Below are positions 9,051-18,368 of a stretch of 64,000 nt of DNA, piece after piece; position 1 is the stretch's first letter; the number at the start of each line of letters is the position of its first letter. This DNA comes from an uncultured Clostridia bacterium (lineage in GTDB: Bacteria; Bacillota; Clostridia; Christensenellales; CAG-917): the NCBI GenBank assembly GCA_944372795.1, contig CALWAF010000001.1, positions 64,390 to 128,389 of the forward strand, written 5' to 3'. The position numbers and the translations under genes were made by a program. The notes below the pieces were generated by a model that worked only from the letters and a program-made list of their open reading frames with translations, was not told the origin of the DNA and searched no databases.

Positions 9051-10019
9051 ATGAAAAAACGTAATGTTAAACTCTTGATCACGGCAACATTGCTCATCCT
9101 GTGTCTTGCCCTTTCCGCGGTGCTGTTTGCCGCCTGCAACGGCGACGATCTCACTTCGGCATACGCCGAGGCACAGAAGAATTGGAGCGCGGCAAAGAAC
9201 AAAGTCGTCTACGACACCCTCGTCATCGACGGCGAGCTGGGCAGCGGTGACTCCGCCGTGCCCGTCACCGTCACCGTCGAAGGCTATCGCGCCTACATCG
9301 GCGACGAGTGGGTGTTCGACTACAACCTCAAAGCGACGGGGCTCGAAGCCGTCGCGGGCGTGCTGGTCGGATCGGTGCTCGAAGGCACGGGCGCGGAGAT
9401 CACCCTCTCCCGCTCCTCCGACGGCAACATCTCGCTCAAACTCGGCATCCCGTATCTCATCGAAAATGCGATCGACACCTCTTTCAACGAGTCCGTCGTG
9501 CGCGACTATCTCGCCGTCTTCGACTTTGCCGACAACACCTTCTACGATGCGGAGAACATCTCCGGCAGCGCCTCCGCATTCACCATCGATGCGGAGAGCT
9601 CCCTCGGCTACATCCTCTATCAGATCGCGCCCGCGCTCTCCCTCAACTTCAACTTCGACGTGCTGCCCATGCTGGAGAGCTGGCTCACCCTCGGCGACGT
9701 GACGGGAAGCGTATCGTTTGCGGACGGGAATTTCTCCGCGATGACCACCTCGCAGTCCGTCGAGCTTTTCCTGCCCGACGAGGACGCAGACTTCCTCGCC
9801 TACAACATCGACAACTTCCCCGACATACTCATCTCCTTCTTCGAGACCAAGAAGATAAGCATTGCGGGGTTCGTGGAGATCGACCTCTCCTCCGCTTGGG
9901 CGGAAGGCATCTCCCTCTCGGCAACGGTGGGAAGCTCTGCGGAATATCACCTGCTCGCTTCGGATGCGACATTCGACAGCGTGCAGGCGGACTACGACGC
10001 GGCACACTCCGAAAACTAA
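9051..10019 (+). CDS. hypothetical lipoprotein A, partner of GH18-A (no family recognised)
   Basis: ATG 9051 with AAGGGGG 6 nt upstream and the lipobox LFAAC. About 40% identical by eye to 11821..12765, sharing blocks such as GDVTGSVSFADGNFSAMTTSQ. Confidence 0.7.
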   Translation: MKKRNVKLLITATLLILCLALSAVLFAACNGDDLTSAYAEAQKNWSAAKNKVVYDTLVIDGELGSGDSAVPVTVTVEGYRAYIGDEWVFDYNLKATGLEAVAGVLVGSVLEGTGAEITLSRSSDGNISLKLGIPYLIENAIDTSFNESVVRDYLAVFDFADNTFYDAENISGSASAFTIDAESSLGYILYQIAPALSLNFNFDVLPMLESWLTLGDVTGSVSFADGNFSAMTTSQSVELFLPDEDADFLAYNIDNFPDILISFFETKKISIAGFVEIDLSSAWAEGISLSATVGSSAEYHLLASDATFDSVQADYDAAHSEN

Positions 10020-10022
10020 AAG

Positions 10023-10062
10023 AGCAACGCCCGCGCATTTGTGCGCGGGCGTTGCTTTTCTT
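10023..10062 (+). terminator. intrinsic terminator after module A
   Basis: AGCAACGCCCGCGCA-TTTG-TGCGCGGGCGTTGCT followed by TTTCTT. Confidence 0.75.
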
Positions 10063-10118
10063 GTCGGAGCGTGATATGATATAAACACGATCTTCGGATC
10101 TTTGGGGGAGAATTCGCT

Positions 10119-11807
10119 ATGAAAAAAAGCAAGATCACTCTTTTGACCGCCGCGGCGCTGGTGCTTGTGCTCGCCTGCGGCATTCTGCTTGCCGCCTGCA
10201 ACGACAACGGCGGGAAGATAGGTTCCATGGGCGTCGAACCCTTCCCTGACACATTCACCAACGACATTGACACCGTGGACTCCGAAAATCTGGCGGTAGG
10301 CGCCTCGGTCACCGCAGCGAGCGGCGGGGACGCGTCCGCCGTCCTCGACGGCGACAAGACCACGGCATGGACTGCGGCGGAGACTTCGGGTCAGTGGCTG
10401 GAGATCGCCTTGTCCTCTCCTGCGGACATCAACACCGTGGTCATCCGCGAGAACGGCAACTTCATCTCCGGCTTCGGCTTTGTCCTCCCCGACGAGGACG
10501 GCGTCTATCCCGAAGACATGGTTTCCGCCTCCTTCTACCGTCAGCAGGACAGGATAGAACGCTATCGCTACTGCACCTTCGCGACGCAGGAGGACGTCAC
10601 CGAGTTCCGCATCTGGTTCGGCGGGACGGACGCGGGCAAGAGCCTCTCGATCGCCGAGGTGGAGATATACAACGTCGCGCCCAAGGAATATGACGGCGAT
10701 TTCCGCGTCTTCAACTACTACACCCCGCAGGATCTGCAATATATGGAGCAAGCCGACCTCCTCGAGGACTTCGAGAGCGACACCATCACGGACGTCATCC
10801 TCATCTCCCTCGCCTTCTGGATGGAGGACGGCAGCATCGTGTATGCCGAGGATCCCGACCTCTACGACACCTCCGACCCGAACTACGATCCCGAACGCGA
10901 TCAGTTCCGTTTCGTGGGCGATCACGAGGACCCCGACGGCTACTATAACGCCGCAATCCAAAAGGTGCACGACGCCATCGCCGCGCACGTCGCGAGAGGT
11001 GGCAGGGACATCAACATCTGCATAGATTTTTATCCCAAGATCGTAACGCAGAACGGACTGCCCGCCAACGAGGACGCCCTCGTTGAAAGCATACACACCC
11101 TCATCGTCGAGGACGACCGCGTGGACGGCATCGACATCGACTGGGAGTATCCCACCGGCGTCTCCGAATGGAAGGCATACGGCGATATGCTGGTCGCGGT
11201 GGACGAGGACTTCGACGCCTCGGGCAAGAACAAATATATCTCCCTCGCCCTCTCCGCCGACAACGTGCGCCTGACGCAGGAACAGGTGGACGCCATCGAC
11301 TTCGTACAGATGATGGCTTACGACCGCTTCGACATCGTGGACGGCAACCACTCCTCATTCCGCAGCGGTGCCTATTCCTCCATGCGCTACTTCGTCAATC
11401 TCGGCTTCGAGCCCTCGCAGCTGGTGCTGGGCACCCCCCTCTACGGACGCCCCAACACTTGGGACACCATATGGACCAACTACGGCTACGGCAGCGAAGT
11501 CTGGTCTACGCAGGACAAGGCGCCTTACACCTATTGGGACAACGTGCAGTGGCTTTATTTCGACGGCAAAAACACCGATGGCGAACAGTATGACGGCTCC
11601 GTGCTCACGCAGGTGTGGGTGAACGGCGCCGCCCTCATCGCCGACAAGACGGCGTACATCATCGAACAGGGCTTCGCCGGCATCATGCTGTGGAGAGAGT
11701 CCACCGACTTCGCTTGGGATGACGTCGACGTCAACGGCATGCCTCGCTCGGGGCTTCGCGCCATACACGACACGGCATCGGCTAGAATAGTCGGATACGG
11801 AGAATGA
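10119..11807 (+). CDS. lipoprotein: discoidin-like domain fused to GH18 glycoside hydrolase (paralog of 7514..9037)
   Basis: 562 aa with the lipobox LLAAC. Discoidin-like LDGDKTTAWTAAE...LSIAEVEIYN. GH18 motif DGIDIDWEYP. GGGGGAG RBS. Confidence 0.85.
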   Translation: MKKSKITLLTAAALVLVLACGILLAACNDNGGKIGSMGVEPFPDTFTNDIDTVDSENLAVGASVTAASGGDASAVLDGDKTTAWTAAETSGQWLEIALSSPADINTVVIRENGNFISGFGFVLPDEDGVYPEDMVSASFYRQQDRIERYRYCTFATQEDVTEFRIWFGGTDAGKSLSIAEVEIYNVAPKEYDGDFRVFNYYTPQDLQYMEQADLLEDFESDTITDVILISLAFWMEDGSIVYAEDPDLYDTSDPNYDPERDQFRFVGDHEDPDGYYNAAIQKVHDAIAAHVARGGRDINICIDFYPKIVTQNGLPANEDALVESIHTLIVEDDRVDGIDIDWEYPTGVSEWKAYGDMLVAVDEDFDASGKNKYISLALSADNVRLTQEQVDAIDFVQMMAYDRFDIVDGNHSSFRSGAYSSMRYFVNLGFEPSQLVLGTPLYGRPNTWDTIWTNYGYGSEVWSTQDKAPYTYWDNVQWLYFDGKNTDGEQYDGSVLTQVWVNGAALIADKTAYIIEQGFAGIMLWRESTDFAWDDVDVNGMPRSGLRAIHDTASARIVGYGE

Positions 11808-11820
11808 GGAGGTAAACGCT

Positions 11821-12765
11821 ATGAAACGCACACTTAAACTGCTTGTTGTGACATCTCTGCTGCTTTTGAGCCTTGTCGGTTCCCTTCTCGCTCTCACCGC
11901 CTGCGACGAGGATCTTGTCACCCGATACGCCGCCGCAAAGGACGCATGGGATAAGGCGGAATACAAGATGAGCACGGATACGGGCGTCATCGACGCCACT
12001 CTCGGTAGCGGCGAGAATGCCCTGCCCGTCACTCTCACGCTCTCGGGCAAACGCGTGTATCTGGGCGACACCATGCGCATGGATTACAGCGTCAAACTGA
12101 CGGGCATCGAGGACATCGCGGGCGGCACGTTCGGTTCTGTTGTCGAAGACGGTCTCGATGCCGACATCACCGTCATAAAGGAGGCGGACGGCGTCTACAC
12201 CCTGAACGGGCTCATAATGGGACTCCCGCTCCTCAACGCCACTTTCACCGAGAGTGCGATGAAGGACACCATCCCCGTGCTCGACTTCGCGGCTGCCACA
12301 TTCTATGACCCAGAGGCGCTCTCCGGCAGCGGCAGCTCCTACACCATCCCCGGCGACACTTCTCTCACATGGATCCTCGATCAGGTCGCGCCCATCCTCG
12401 CATATGACGCGGGCTACGACATCATGCCCATGATCTACGACTGGATCGACTTCGGCGACGTGACCGGCTCCGTGACCTTTTCGGACGGCAACTTCGCCGC
12501 AATGACCACCTCGCAGGACATCACGGCGTTCATGCCTTATGAAGACGCTGAATTCCTCGCCTACAACGTGGAATTCTTCCCGAGGATACTCTTCAATCTC
12601 ATCGAGAACAAGACTATCGACATCAACGGACTCATCACCCTCGACTTCTCCGACGCCATCGGCGAGGAAGGCATCCGCATCGAGGGCAACGTATCCACTT
12701 CCGCACAGTACACGCTGCTGTCTGCGGACACCACATTCGAGGATATTTTCGGCGACAACATCTGA
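11821..12765 (+). CDS. hypothetical lipoprotein B, partner of GH18-B (paralog of 9051..10019)
   Basis: 314 aa with the lipobox LALTAC and GAGGAGG upstream. Shares GDVTGSVTFSDGNFAAMTTSQ and AEFLAYN blocks with lipoprotein A. Confidence 0.7.
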   Translation: MKRTLKLLVVTSLLLLSLVGSLLALTACDEDLVTRYAAAKDAWDKAEYKMSTDTGVIDATLGSGENALPVTLTLSGKRVYLGDTMRMDYSVKLTGIEDIAGGTFGSVVEDGLDADITVIKEADGVYTLNGLIMGLPLLNATFTESAMKDTIPVLDFAAATFYDPEALSGSGSSYTIPGDTSLTWILDQVAPILAYDAGYDIMPMIYDWIDFGDVTGSVTFSDGNFAAMTTSQDITAFMPYEDAEFLAYNVEFFPRILFNLIENKTIDINGLITLDFSDAIGEEGIRIEGNVSTSAQYTLLSADTTFEDIFGDNI

Positions 12766-12785
12766 CCGATATCTTCTTTACGCAA

Positions 12786-12813
12786 ACCGCTCCTTCGGCA
12801 AGGGGCGGTTTTT
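12786..12813 (+). terminator. intrinsic terminator after module B
   Basis: ACCGCTCCTT-CGGC-AAGGGGCGGT followed by TTTT. Confidence 0.7.
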
Positions 12814-12852
12814 CGTCCCCCGAAACGGGGAAAACACAGGGATGCGTGAGCC

Positions 12853-13872
12853 GTGCTCTGCGGCGACACGAGCAAGATCATTAGAAAAAATTCCGAAAAA
12901 GGACGCAAATTCCGTCTGCTGGGCAGAAACAGGGCGGAGGACGAGACCCCGAGCATCCTCTTCAAGGATGCCGCCGCGCTCTACATCGAGTTTTCAACGG
13001 CGGCGACCGCAGCGGAGACTGCCATAAAACGTATGCGCATCTTTGTGCAATTCTTCCTTCCCGCTTTCGGCGAGAGGAACATCGCCTCCATAACTTCCGC
13101 CGACATCTACAGGTGGTTCGACGCCCTTCTCACCGCAAACAAGCCGGGAGGCGGCACCTACGCTCCGCGCACCCTTCACTCCATCTGGGGGCAGTTGCAC
13201 ACATTCTTCGGCTGGTGCTCCATGCGCTACGCCGTCCCGAACCCGATGTCAGCCGCAAGGATGCCGCGTACACCGCCCACCGAACGTAACGTTTCTTTCT
13301 GGGAAGTGACGCAGTTCCGCGCCTTCATCGACCACGTGGACGACGTCACTTGGCGCACGTTTTTCACCTTTCAGTACTACACCGGCTGCCGCATAAGCGA
13401 GACCCTCGCATTGCAGGAAAAGGACTACACGGACGACGCCGTCAGAGTGGATAAGAGCCTTTCCAAACGCACGCTCACCGACGACTTTTTCGAGAACAAA
13501 TCCACCAAGACGGGCAAGCGGCGCACCGTCCCCCTCCCCCGCCTCTTGCAGCGCTCCCTCGACGAGTACATCGCATGGAAACGCGCGGGCGGCATCCCCG
13601 ACGCCTTCCTCTTCTGCAACGAGCGCGGTGAACACCTCCCCCACAGCACCATCCGCCGCCGCTTCGACTTCTACACCGAGGCGGCAGGGCTCCCGCGCAT
13701 CAAGATCCACGACCTACGCCACTCCTACGTCTCCCTGCTCATCCACAAGGGCGCGAACCTTGCCGTCATCGCCTCCCTCATCGGCGACTCCTTCGAGCAG
13801 GTCACCAACACCTACGGGCACATGTACGAGAGCGACAAGATCAACGCCGTCCGCCTCCTCGACCGCGACTGA
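12853..13872 (+). CDS. tyrosine-type site-specific recombinase / integrase (start uncertain, possibly N-terminally decayed)
   Basis: C-terminal catalytic region with GCRISETLAL, HDLRHSYVSLLI and GHMY (the R..H-x-x-R..Y pattern of the phage integrase family). The track start is a GTG with no convincing RBS. Confidence 0.8.
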   Translation: MLCGDTSKIIRKNSEKGRKFRLLGRNRAEDETPSILFKDAAALYIEFSTAATAAETAIKRMRIFVQFFLPAFGERNIASITSADIYRWFDALLTANKPGGGTYAPRTLHSIWGQLHTFFGWCSMRYAVPNPMSAARMPRTPPTERNVSFWEVTQFRAFIDHVDDVTWRTFFTFQYYTGCRISETLALQEKDYTDDAVRVDKSLSKRTLTDDFFENKSTKTGKRRTVPLPRLLQRSLDEYIAWKRAGGIPDAFLFCNERGEHLPHSTIRRRFDFYTEAAGLPRIKIHDLRHSYVSLLIHKGANLAVIASLIGDSFEQVTNTYGHMYESDKINAVRLLDRD

Positions 13873-13918
13873 CCCCGCAGACTACAAAAACGCCCCTTTG
13901 GGGGCGCCGATTTTCGGG

Positions 13919-14296
13919 TCACGCGAGGTTGGTTGCAAGCCCGCTTCTCGCTTCCGCGGCGCGCTTGTTCTCTGCGCGGCGCTGTTTTGCGCGCTCCCGT
14001 TCCAATCTGCGGCAATACGCCTCGTCGCGCGGCAGCACCGTGATGAGCAGCGCCTCTTCAAAGACAAAAAGATAGTCCCTGTACAGCACCACGTCCCTGC
14101 CAGCATACTCCTCGGCGAACGCCTCCGCCGCCTCTTCCCTGCGCCCGAGATAGGCGTCTGCCGCCGCTCCCGCCTCTCCGCGATGTACGCCGAGACGCCA
14201 CGCACACTCCGCAAAAGCCATGCGCTTCTCCGCGCTCTTCATCCTCGGCACGCGCTCCTTGATCCTCTTGTCCGCATGTTTCGTGATCGCTATCAT
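13919..14296 (-). CDS. hypothetical small protein (DUF4258-like N-terminus), probably mobile-element cargo
   Basis: Internal ATG 14296 is preceded by AAGGAGGAAAACAAG. The N-terminus MIAITKHADKRIKER and the later LFVFEEALLITVLP resemble the DUF4258 pattern. The upstream part of the 203-aa ORF is Arg/Lys low-complexity. Confidence 0.45.
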   Translation of the reverse strand: MIAITKHADKRIKERVPRMKSAEKRMAFAECAWRLGVHRGEAGAAADAYLGRREEAAEAFAEEYAGRDVVLYRDYLFVFEEALLITVLPRDEAYCRRLERERAKQRRAENKRAAEARSGLATNLA

Positions 14297-14876
14297 CTTG
14301 TTTTCCTCCTTGTCATATATCTCTCGCGGCTCTCGCCGCCATTTCCTCGCCCGCGCCATAATTTCACGGCACTCGCTCCGCCGCCTGCTACTCGCCCTTC
14401 GCGACGCCCGACGCCCCTTTTCTTCGTCCGCATTATTCATCCGTTTACCAACGCACTTTCTCTTGCCACTGCCGTCGCCCTTTGCCGCCTTCCGCGCGGA
14501 GACGATATCTTCCTCTCCCGCATCCGTCACAAGCTGTATTCACTTAAAGTACCCCAACAGCGCTTTGAAGAAAAAGTACACTACAAATATCACAAACAGA
14601 ATGCCGACCATGATCCGCTCTTTTAGACGCCCCGCGTCTTTCGAGGCAGTTTTCTCCCCACCTCGATCATATCCTACCACACCTTACGCACCAAAAACGT
14701 CCCACAACCCACCGCCTCGCACAAATTTTTCTTCATCCCCCACCGACGAAATAAAACCGCCTCCCATCCATCCGCCGTATGAAATGATCTCAACGCGTAA
14801 ATGTCGCAAGATCTGTCACACCCCGTTGGAAAAGATGCGGAAAGCTACGAAACTTTGCGCAAAACACTTATAATAA

Positions 14877-14900
14877 AGCACCCCGCAGTGCGGGGTGCTT
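14877..14900 (-). terminator. intrinsic terminator downstream of the zinc-ribbon gene
   Basis: AAGCACCCCGC-ACT-GCGGGGTGCTT on the minus strand, followed by TATTAT. Confidence 0.6.
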
Positions 14901-14934
14901 GGGTCGTGGTTGGTTGGCGGGGTGACGTCGGGTG

Positions 14935-15579
14935 TCAGTCCTTGGCGGAGGGGGCGGGGGCGCCGCATTCGGAGCAGAAATTGGCGGTGGATGAGAGAGG
15001 GGCGCCGCATTCGGGACAGGCGGGCGCGGGATCTTCCGCGGGGTTTGCGGGTGGCGCAGCCTGTGCGGGCGGAGTGTCCTGTGCAAGCGGAGCGGTCTGC
15101 CCTGCCTGTCTGAACATTGCAGCCTCGTTTGCCGCGTAAAGCTCTGCCGCCTTTTTCATGGCTGCGGGCATATCGGAGGGGCTGACGCCGGCTGTCGCTG
15201 CCGCAACGGGGCTGAAAAGCGCGGCGTAGCTGCGGATCGCTTCCTCTTCCGAGAGCTCCACGCCGTCCTTGACCAGCACCGTATCCGCGACGAGTCGATA
15301 GCCTTTGAGGTTGCCCGTCTCGATGAGTTTCCGTGCCGCATCCGCAGCGTTGGACGCATAGCCGAACACGGTGATAAGAGGGACGATGTCGCGCATGGAG
15401 ATCATGTCCACGATCCTGCAAAGCTGTGCGCATACGCCATACTTCTGCATCACGATCATCGTGGGCACGGCGGGGATGATGAGCAGACTGAACTGGAAAA
15501 GGATCTTGTAGGTCTTCTCCAATTTTTTGCATCTGCCTTTGAGGTCCGGGACGATATTCTTGAGGTTTATGGTGTTCAT
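14935..15579 (-). CDS. hypothetical membrane protein with C-terminal zinc-ribbon (paralog of 2727..3374)
   Basis: Start trimmed to ATG 15579, with GGAGGA 5 nt upstream. C-terminus CPECGAPLSSTANFCSECG. The shared core LIETGNLKGYRLV matches LIDGGSVKGYEIV in the paralog. Confidence 0.6.
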   Translation of the reverse strand: MNTINLKNIVPDLKGRCKKLEKTYKILFQFSLLIIPAVPTMIVMQKYGVCAQLCRIVDMISMRDIVPLITVFGYASNAADAARKLIETGNLKGYRLVADTVLVKDGVELSEEEAIRSYAALFSPVAAATAGVSPSDMPAAMKKAAELYAANEAAMFRQAGQTAPLAQDTPPAQAAPPANPAEDPAPACPECGAPLSSTANFCSECGAPAPSAKD

Positions 15580-15705
15580 GGCATCCTCCGAAATCATGAT
15601 AACACACTTCCCGCCGCCTGTCACCCCCGTCTTTTCTCCCGAAAGGCGAAGCGAACGCATATGCGTCCGCCTTGCCGTCTTTTTAGCACCCCTTCCCGAA
15701 AGCGG

Positions 15706-16191
15706 TCAGTTGTAAGGGATTATCTTGACGTCGCCCGCCGTGAACTCCGTCTCGGAGCGGATGATGTCGTAGATCTGCGCCGCCTGTTCGGCGGTGAGCT
15801 CCGCGGCTCCCACGACGACGTTCACTCCGCTGTCGCTCATGGTGACGATGGCATCATCGAAGCCCTTCGCCTTGACGAGAGCCTCCAGCTGGAGCTCCGA
15901 CTCCATGCGCTCGACGAGCCCGAGTTTCTGTTCCTCCGCCGCCGTCTTCGCCTCTGCGGAGCTGGTCTCGGAGGTGATTATGGCGTCGAGATAGAGGAAT
16001 TCGGACTCTCTCGCCGCTTCTCTGTCACTGCGATAGGCGGCAAAGAAGGTCTCGGTCACGACGCCGGCGTCGATGGGATCGGACGTCGTCAGCCTATCGT
16101 TGAGCGCCCAGTTGAGCACACCGGTTGCGACGAGCAGAGCGACCATCACCGACAACACTAGGATCTTCTTGGTTCTGGGTTTTATTTTCAT
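15706..16191 (-). CDS. spoIIIAH: stage III sporulation protein AH
   Basis: Single N-terminal TM segment followed by a YscJ/FliF-like domain (...LEALVKAKGFDDAIVTMSDSGVNVVV...). Last gene of the spoIIIA operon. ATG 16191 with GGAGG 5 nt upstream. Confidence 0.85.
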   Translation of the reverse strand: MKIKPRTKKILVLSVMVALLVATGVLNWALNDRLTTSDPIDAGVVTETFFAAYRSDREAARESEFLYLDAIITSETSSAEAKTAAEEQKLGLVERMESELQLEALVKAKGFDDAIVTMSDSGVNVVVGAAELTAEQAAQIYDIIRSETEFTAGDVKIIPYN

Positions 16192-16206
16192 ACTGTCCTC
16201 CATGAC

Positions 16207-16626
16207 TCATTTCATTGCGTAGACATTGACGATATTTTTGTCCACGCCCATTGCCGTTGTCACCGCCGAAAGGAGCCTGAGCCTCACGGCTATATCCTCC
16301 GCGCCCTCCGCGATCACGATGACGCCGATCACTCTTTCCTCGTCGTCGCGCGTGATCATGGTCTCCACCCTGCCCACACCTTCGAGCTCGCGCAGTACGG
16401 ATGCGAGGCGGCTTTCGTCGGGATCCGCGACGGAGGAAGACACCTCTCCGTCCCCCGCGCCGAGGGCGTTCTCGGTCGCCACGGTAGAATATATGAGCAG
16501 GGCGATGGCGATTATGAATGTCGCGGCGATGAGACGGATGTTTTTTATCCCTTTCAGCTTTTTCACCACGGAAGAACCTTTGATCCTGTCCGCAAATCCC
16601 GTGTGTCTCTCGTCACGCACTTCCAC
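16207..16626 (-). CDS. spoIIIAG: stage III sporulation protein AG
   Basis: 139 aa with an N-terminal TM segment. The C-terminus VGRVETMITRDDEERVIGVIVIAEGAEDIAVRLRLLSAVTTAMGV is typical of SpoIIIAG. Operon position also fits. Confidence 0.85.
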   Translation of the reverse strand: MEVRDERHTGFADRIKGSSVVKKLKGIKNIRLIAATFIIAIALLIYSTVATENALGAGDGEVSSSVADPDESRLASVLRELEGVGRVETMITRDDEERVIGVIVIAEGAEDIAVRLRLLSAVTTAMGVDKNIVNVYAMK

Positions 16627-17107
16627 TCTTCACTCCTCCCGCCGCAGTGACGTGCACCGCGCATCCCGCCGCGAACGACAGCTCCCTCACCGTCTTCTCC
16701 GCGCTCGATATATGTCTATTCCACTCCCCCTCTGGCAGAACCGAAAGATCCAAAACGATGTTTATCTCGTCGATTTCCGACACAGAACCCTCTTTTATGA
16801 CAATTTCCGCATCGGCATCATATCCCTCGTCTTTGAGGGCGTCCTCCACGCGCAGAGCGCATTCTCTCGCCCACTCCGCCGCAGTCTCGTCCACGAATCC
16901 GTAATCGGGCGCGAGGTCGGAATAGGTGGGCTCCCAATTTTTAAGAGCGCGTATCACGCCGGGCAGCGGCGACACCACCACGAATATCACCAGCAGCGAA
17001 AATGCTCCTTTGACGTACTTCCCCGTCTGCCCCTCCGGCAGCAAGATCTCGAGCAGCACCCCCAGCGCTATAACTCCCGCGATCGCGGTCATCCACGCAG
17101 TCAGCAT
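16613..17107 (-). CDS. spoIIIAF: stage III sporulation protein AF
   Basis: 164 aa with two N-terminal TM helices and the LLEILLPEG..KYVK motif characteristic of SpoIIIAF. Confidence 0.85.
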   Translation of the reverse strand: MLTAWMTAIAGVIALGVLLEILLPEGQTGKYVKGAFSLLVIFVVVSPLPGVIRALKNWEPTYSDLAPDYGFVDETAAEWARECALRVEDALKDEGYDADAEIVIKEGSVSEIDEINIVLDLSVLPEGEWNRHISSAEKTVRELSFAAGCAVHVTAAGGVKSGSA

Positions 17108-17108
17108 C

Positions 17109-18368
17109 TCACACCCCCGGATTGAAACTGCCGATGACCAGCATCAGCACCACAAAGAACATGAACCCCACCCCCACCAGCGCCGTCACCAGCAGCGTAC
17201 TGTTGTCCGCAAGCGCCGCAAGCACTTCGGACGTGCGCTTGTCTCCCATGGGTTCGGTGACCGCAGCGGCAAGGCGCAGGGCGAGTATGTAGGAGGCAAG
17301 ACGCACGAGCGGGAACAACACCACGGCAAGCAACACCGCCACTCCCGTCACTCCGACGGCGTTTTTCACCAGCACGAGGGAGGCGGTGACGAGGTCGAAT
17401 CCGTCCGATACGTAGCCGCCCAGAATGGGGACGTAGCTGGATACGGCGAATTTTGCCGCATTGAAGCTCAATCTGTCCGTGACGCCTCCCGCTATGCCCT
17501 GTGCGGTAAGAAAAGTGCCGAAGAGTCCGAACACGATGCCGACGAACCACCCCGCCCCCGATTTGAAGAGCTTGGCGAGTTTGCCGAGTTTCACGTTTTC
17601 GGAGACGTTCCCTACGACGGAGAGGACAAGCGCCGCGACGAACGCGGGCACGACGACGTGCTGCACCGCCTTGATGACCGTGCCCGAAAGCACCGCCATG
17701 AAAGGCTGATATACGGCGGCTCCGCTCGCGCCGCCCACCGCAGAAAGCAAGGTGAGTAGCACGGGGAATACGGCGTCCGAAAAGGATGCCAGCGCGTCCA
17801 CGGTGCGCGTCACCGACAGCACCACTCCGACAGCCCCCGAGGCAAGGATGACGATGACCGCCGAGTAGCACACGATGTGCACCACTTCTCCCGTGGACTT
17901 TCCCGAGAACCCGGAGGACATCCCCGCCAGCATACTCTTCAAAAGGCAGATGATCACGACGGAGAGAAGCCCCGGCAGAAAACCCAGAAAGTAGCTGCCG
18001 AACGCGGACAACAGCGCCGAGAGGAAGGAGCCGAAAAAATCGCGCGGTTCGCCGTCGGTGATGCTCTTGAGCGCGGAGGCGATGTCGTCTATCCCCACGG
18101 CAGCATACTCGTCCTCGCCTAGAGACGCGATGAAGTCGTCGAAGAGGTCGGTGTCCAGCCTGTCGATGACCCCGTCGACGCTGTCGGCGAGGTCCTCCGC
18201 GACGTTTTCCTGCGCGTCGGAGAGCGCGAGCGCGATCCCGCCGTTTGCGCATAACAAGGCGATGAATAGCAAAAATACGCAGATTAACACCGCAATTATG
18301 AAAATTCGCTCTTTTCGCCTCTTTCTCGCGAAACGTAGGCGGAGCGACGGAGCGAGTCCCGCGGTCAT
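17109..18368 (-). CDS. spoIIIAE: stage III sporulation protein AE
   Basis: 419-aa polytopic membrane protein. Its size, position and repeated Gly/Ala-rich TM segments match SpoIIIAE. ATGA overlap with spoIIIAD. Confidence 0.85.
   Translation of the reverse strand: MTAGLAPSLRLRFARKRRKERIFIIAVLICVFLLFIALLCANGGIALALSDAQENVAEDLADSVDGVIDRLDTDLFDDFIASLGEDEYAAVGIDDIASALKSITDGEPRDFFGSFLSALLSAFGSYFLGFLPGLLSVVIICLLKSMLAGMSSGFSGKSTGEVVHIVCYSAVIVILASGAVGVVLSVTRTVDALASFSDAVFPVLLTLLSAVGGASGAAVYQPFMAVLSGTVIKAVQHVVVPAFVAALVLSVVGNVSENVKLGKLAKLFKSGAGWFVGIVFGLFGTFLTAQGIAGGVTDRLSFNAAKFAVSSYVPILGGYVSDGFDLVTASLVLVKNAVGVTGVAVLLAVVLFPLVRLASYILALRLAAAVTEPMGDKRTSEVLAALADNSTLLVTALVGVGFMFFVVLMLVIGSFNPGV

Noticed and set aside
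7454-11351. 582-aa and 775-aa minus-strand ORFs (7454..9202, 9024..11351)
   Set aside because: They are antisense shadows of the GH18 and lipoprotein genes. No motifs are present, and the sense-strand genes have lipoboxes, RBSs and catalytic motifs.
13628-14873. 332-aa and 217-aa plus-strand ORFs after the integrase
   Set aside because: They are Pro/Ser/Arg-rich low complexity, overlap the integrase 3' end and the better-supported minus-strand gene, and have no RBS.
12853-15660. Intact prophage or ICE
   Set aside because: Only an integrase with a doubtful start and one or two small genes are present. There are no excisionase, replication, conjugation or structural genes and no att repeats.
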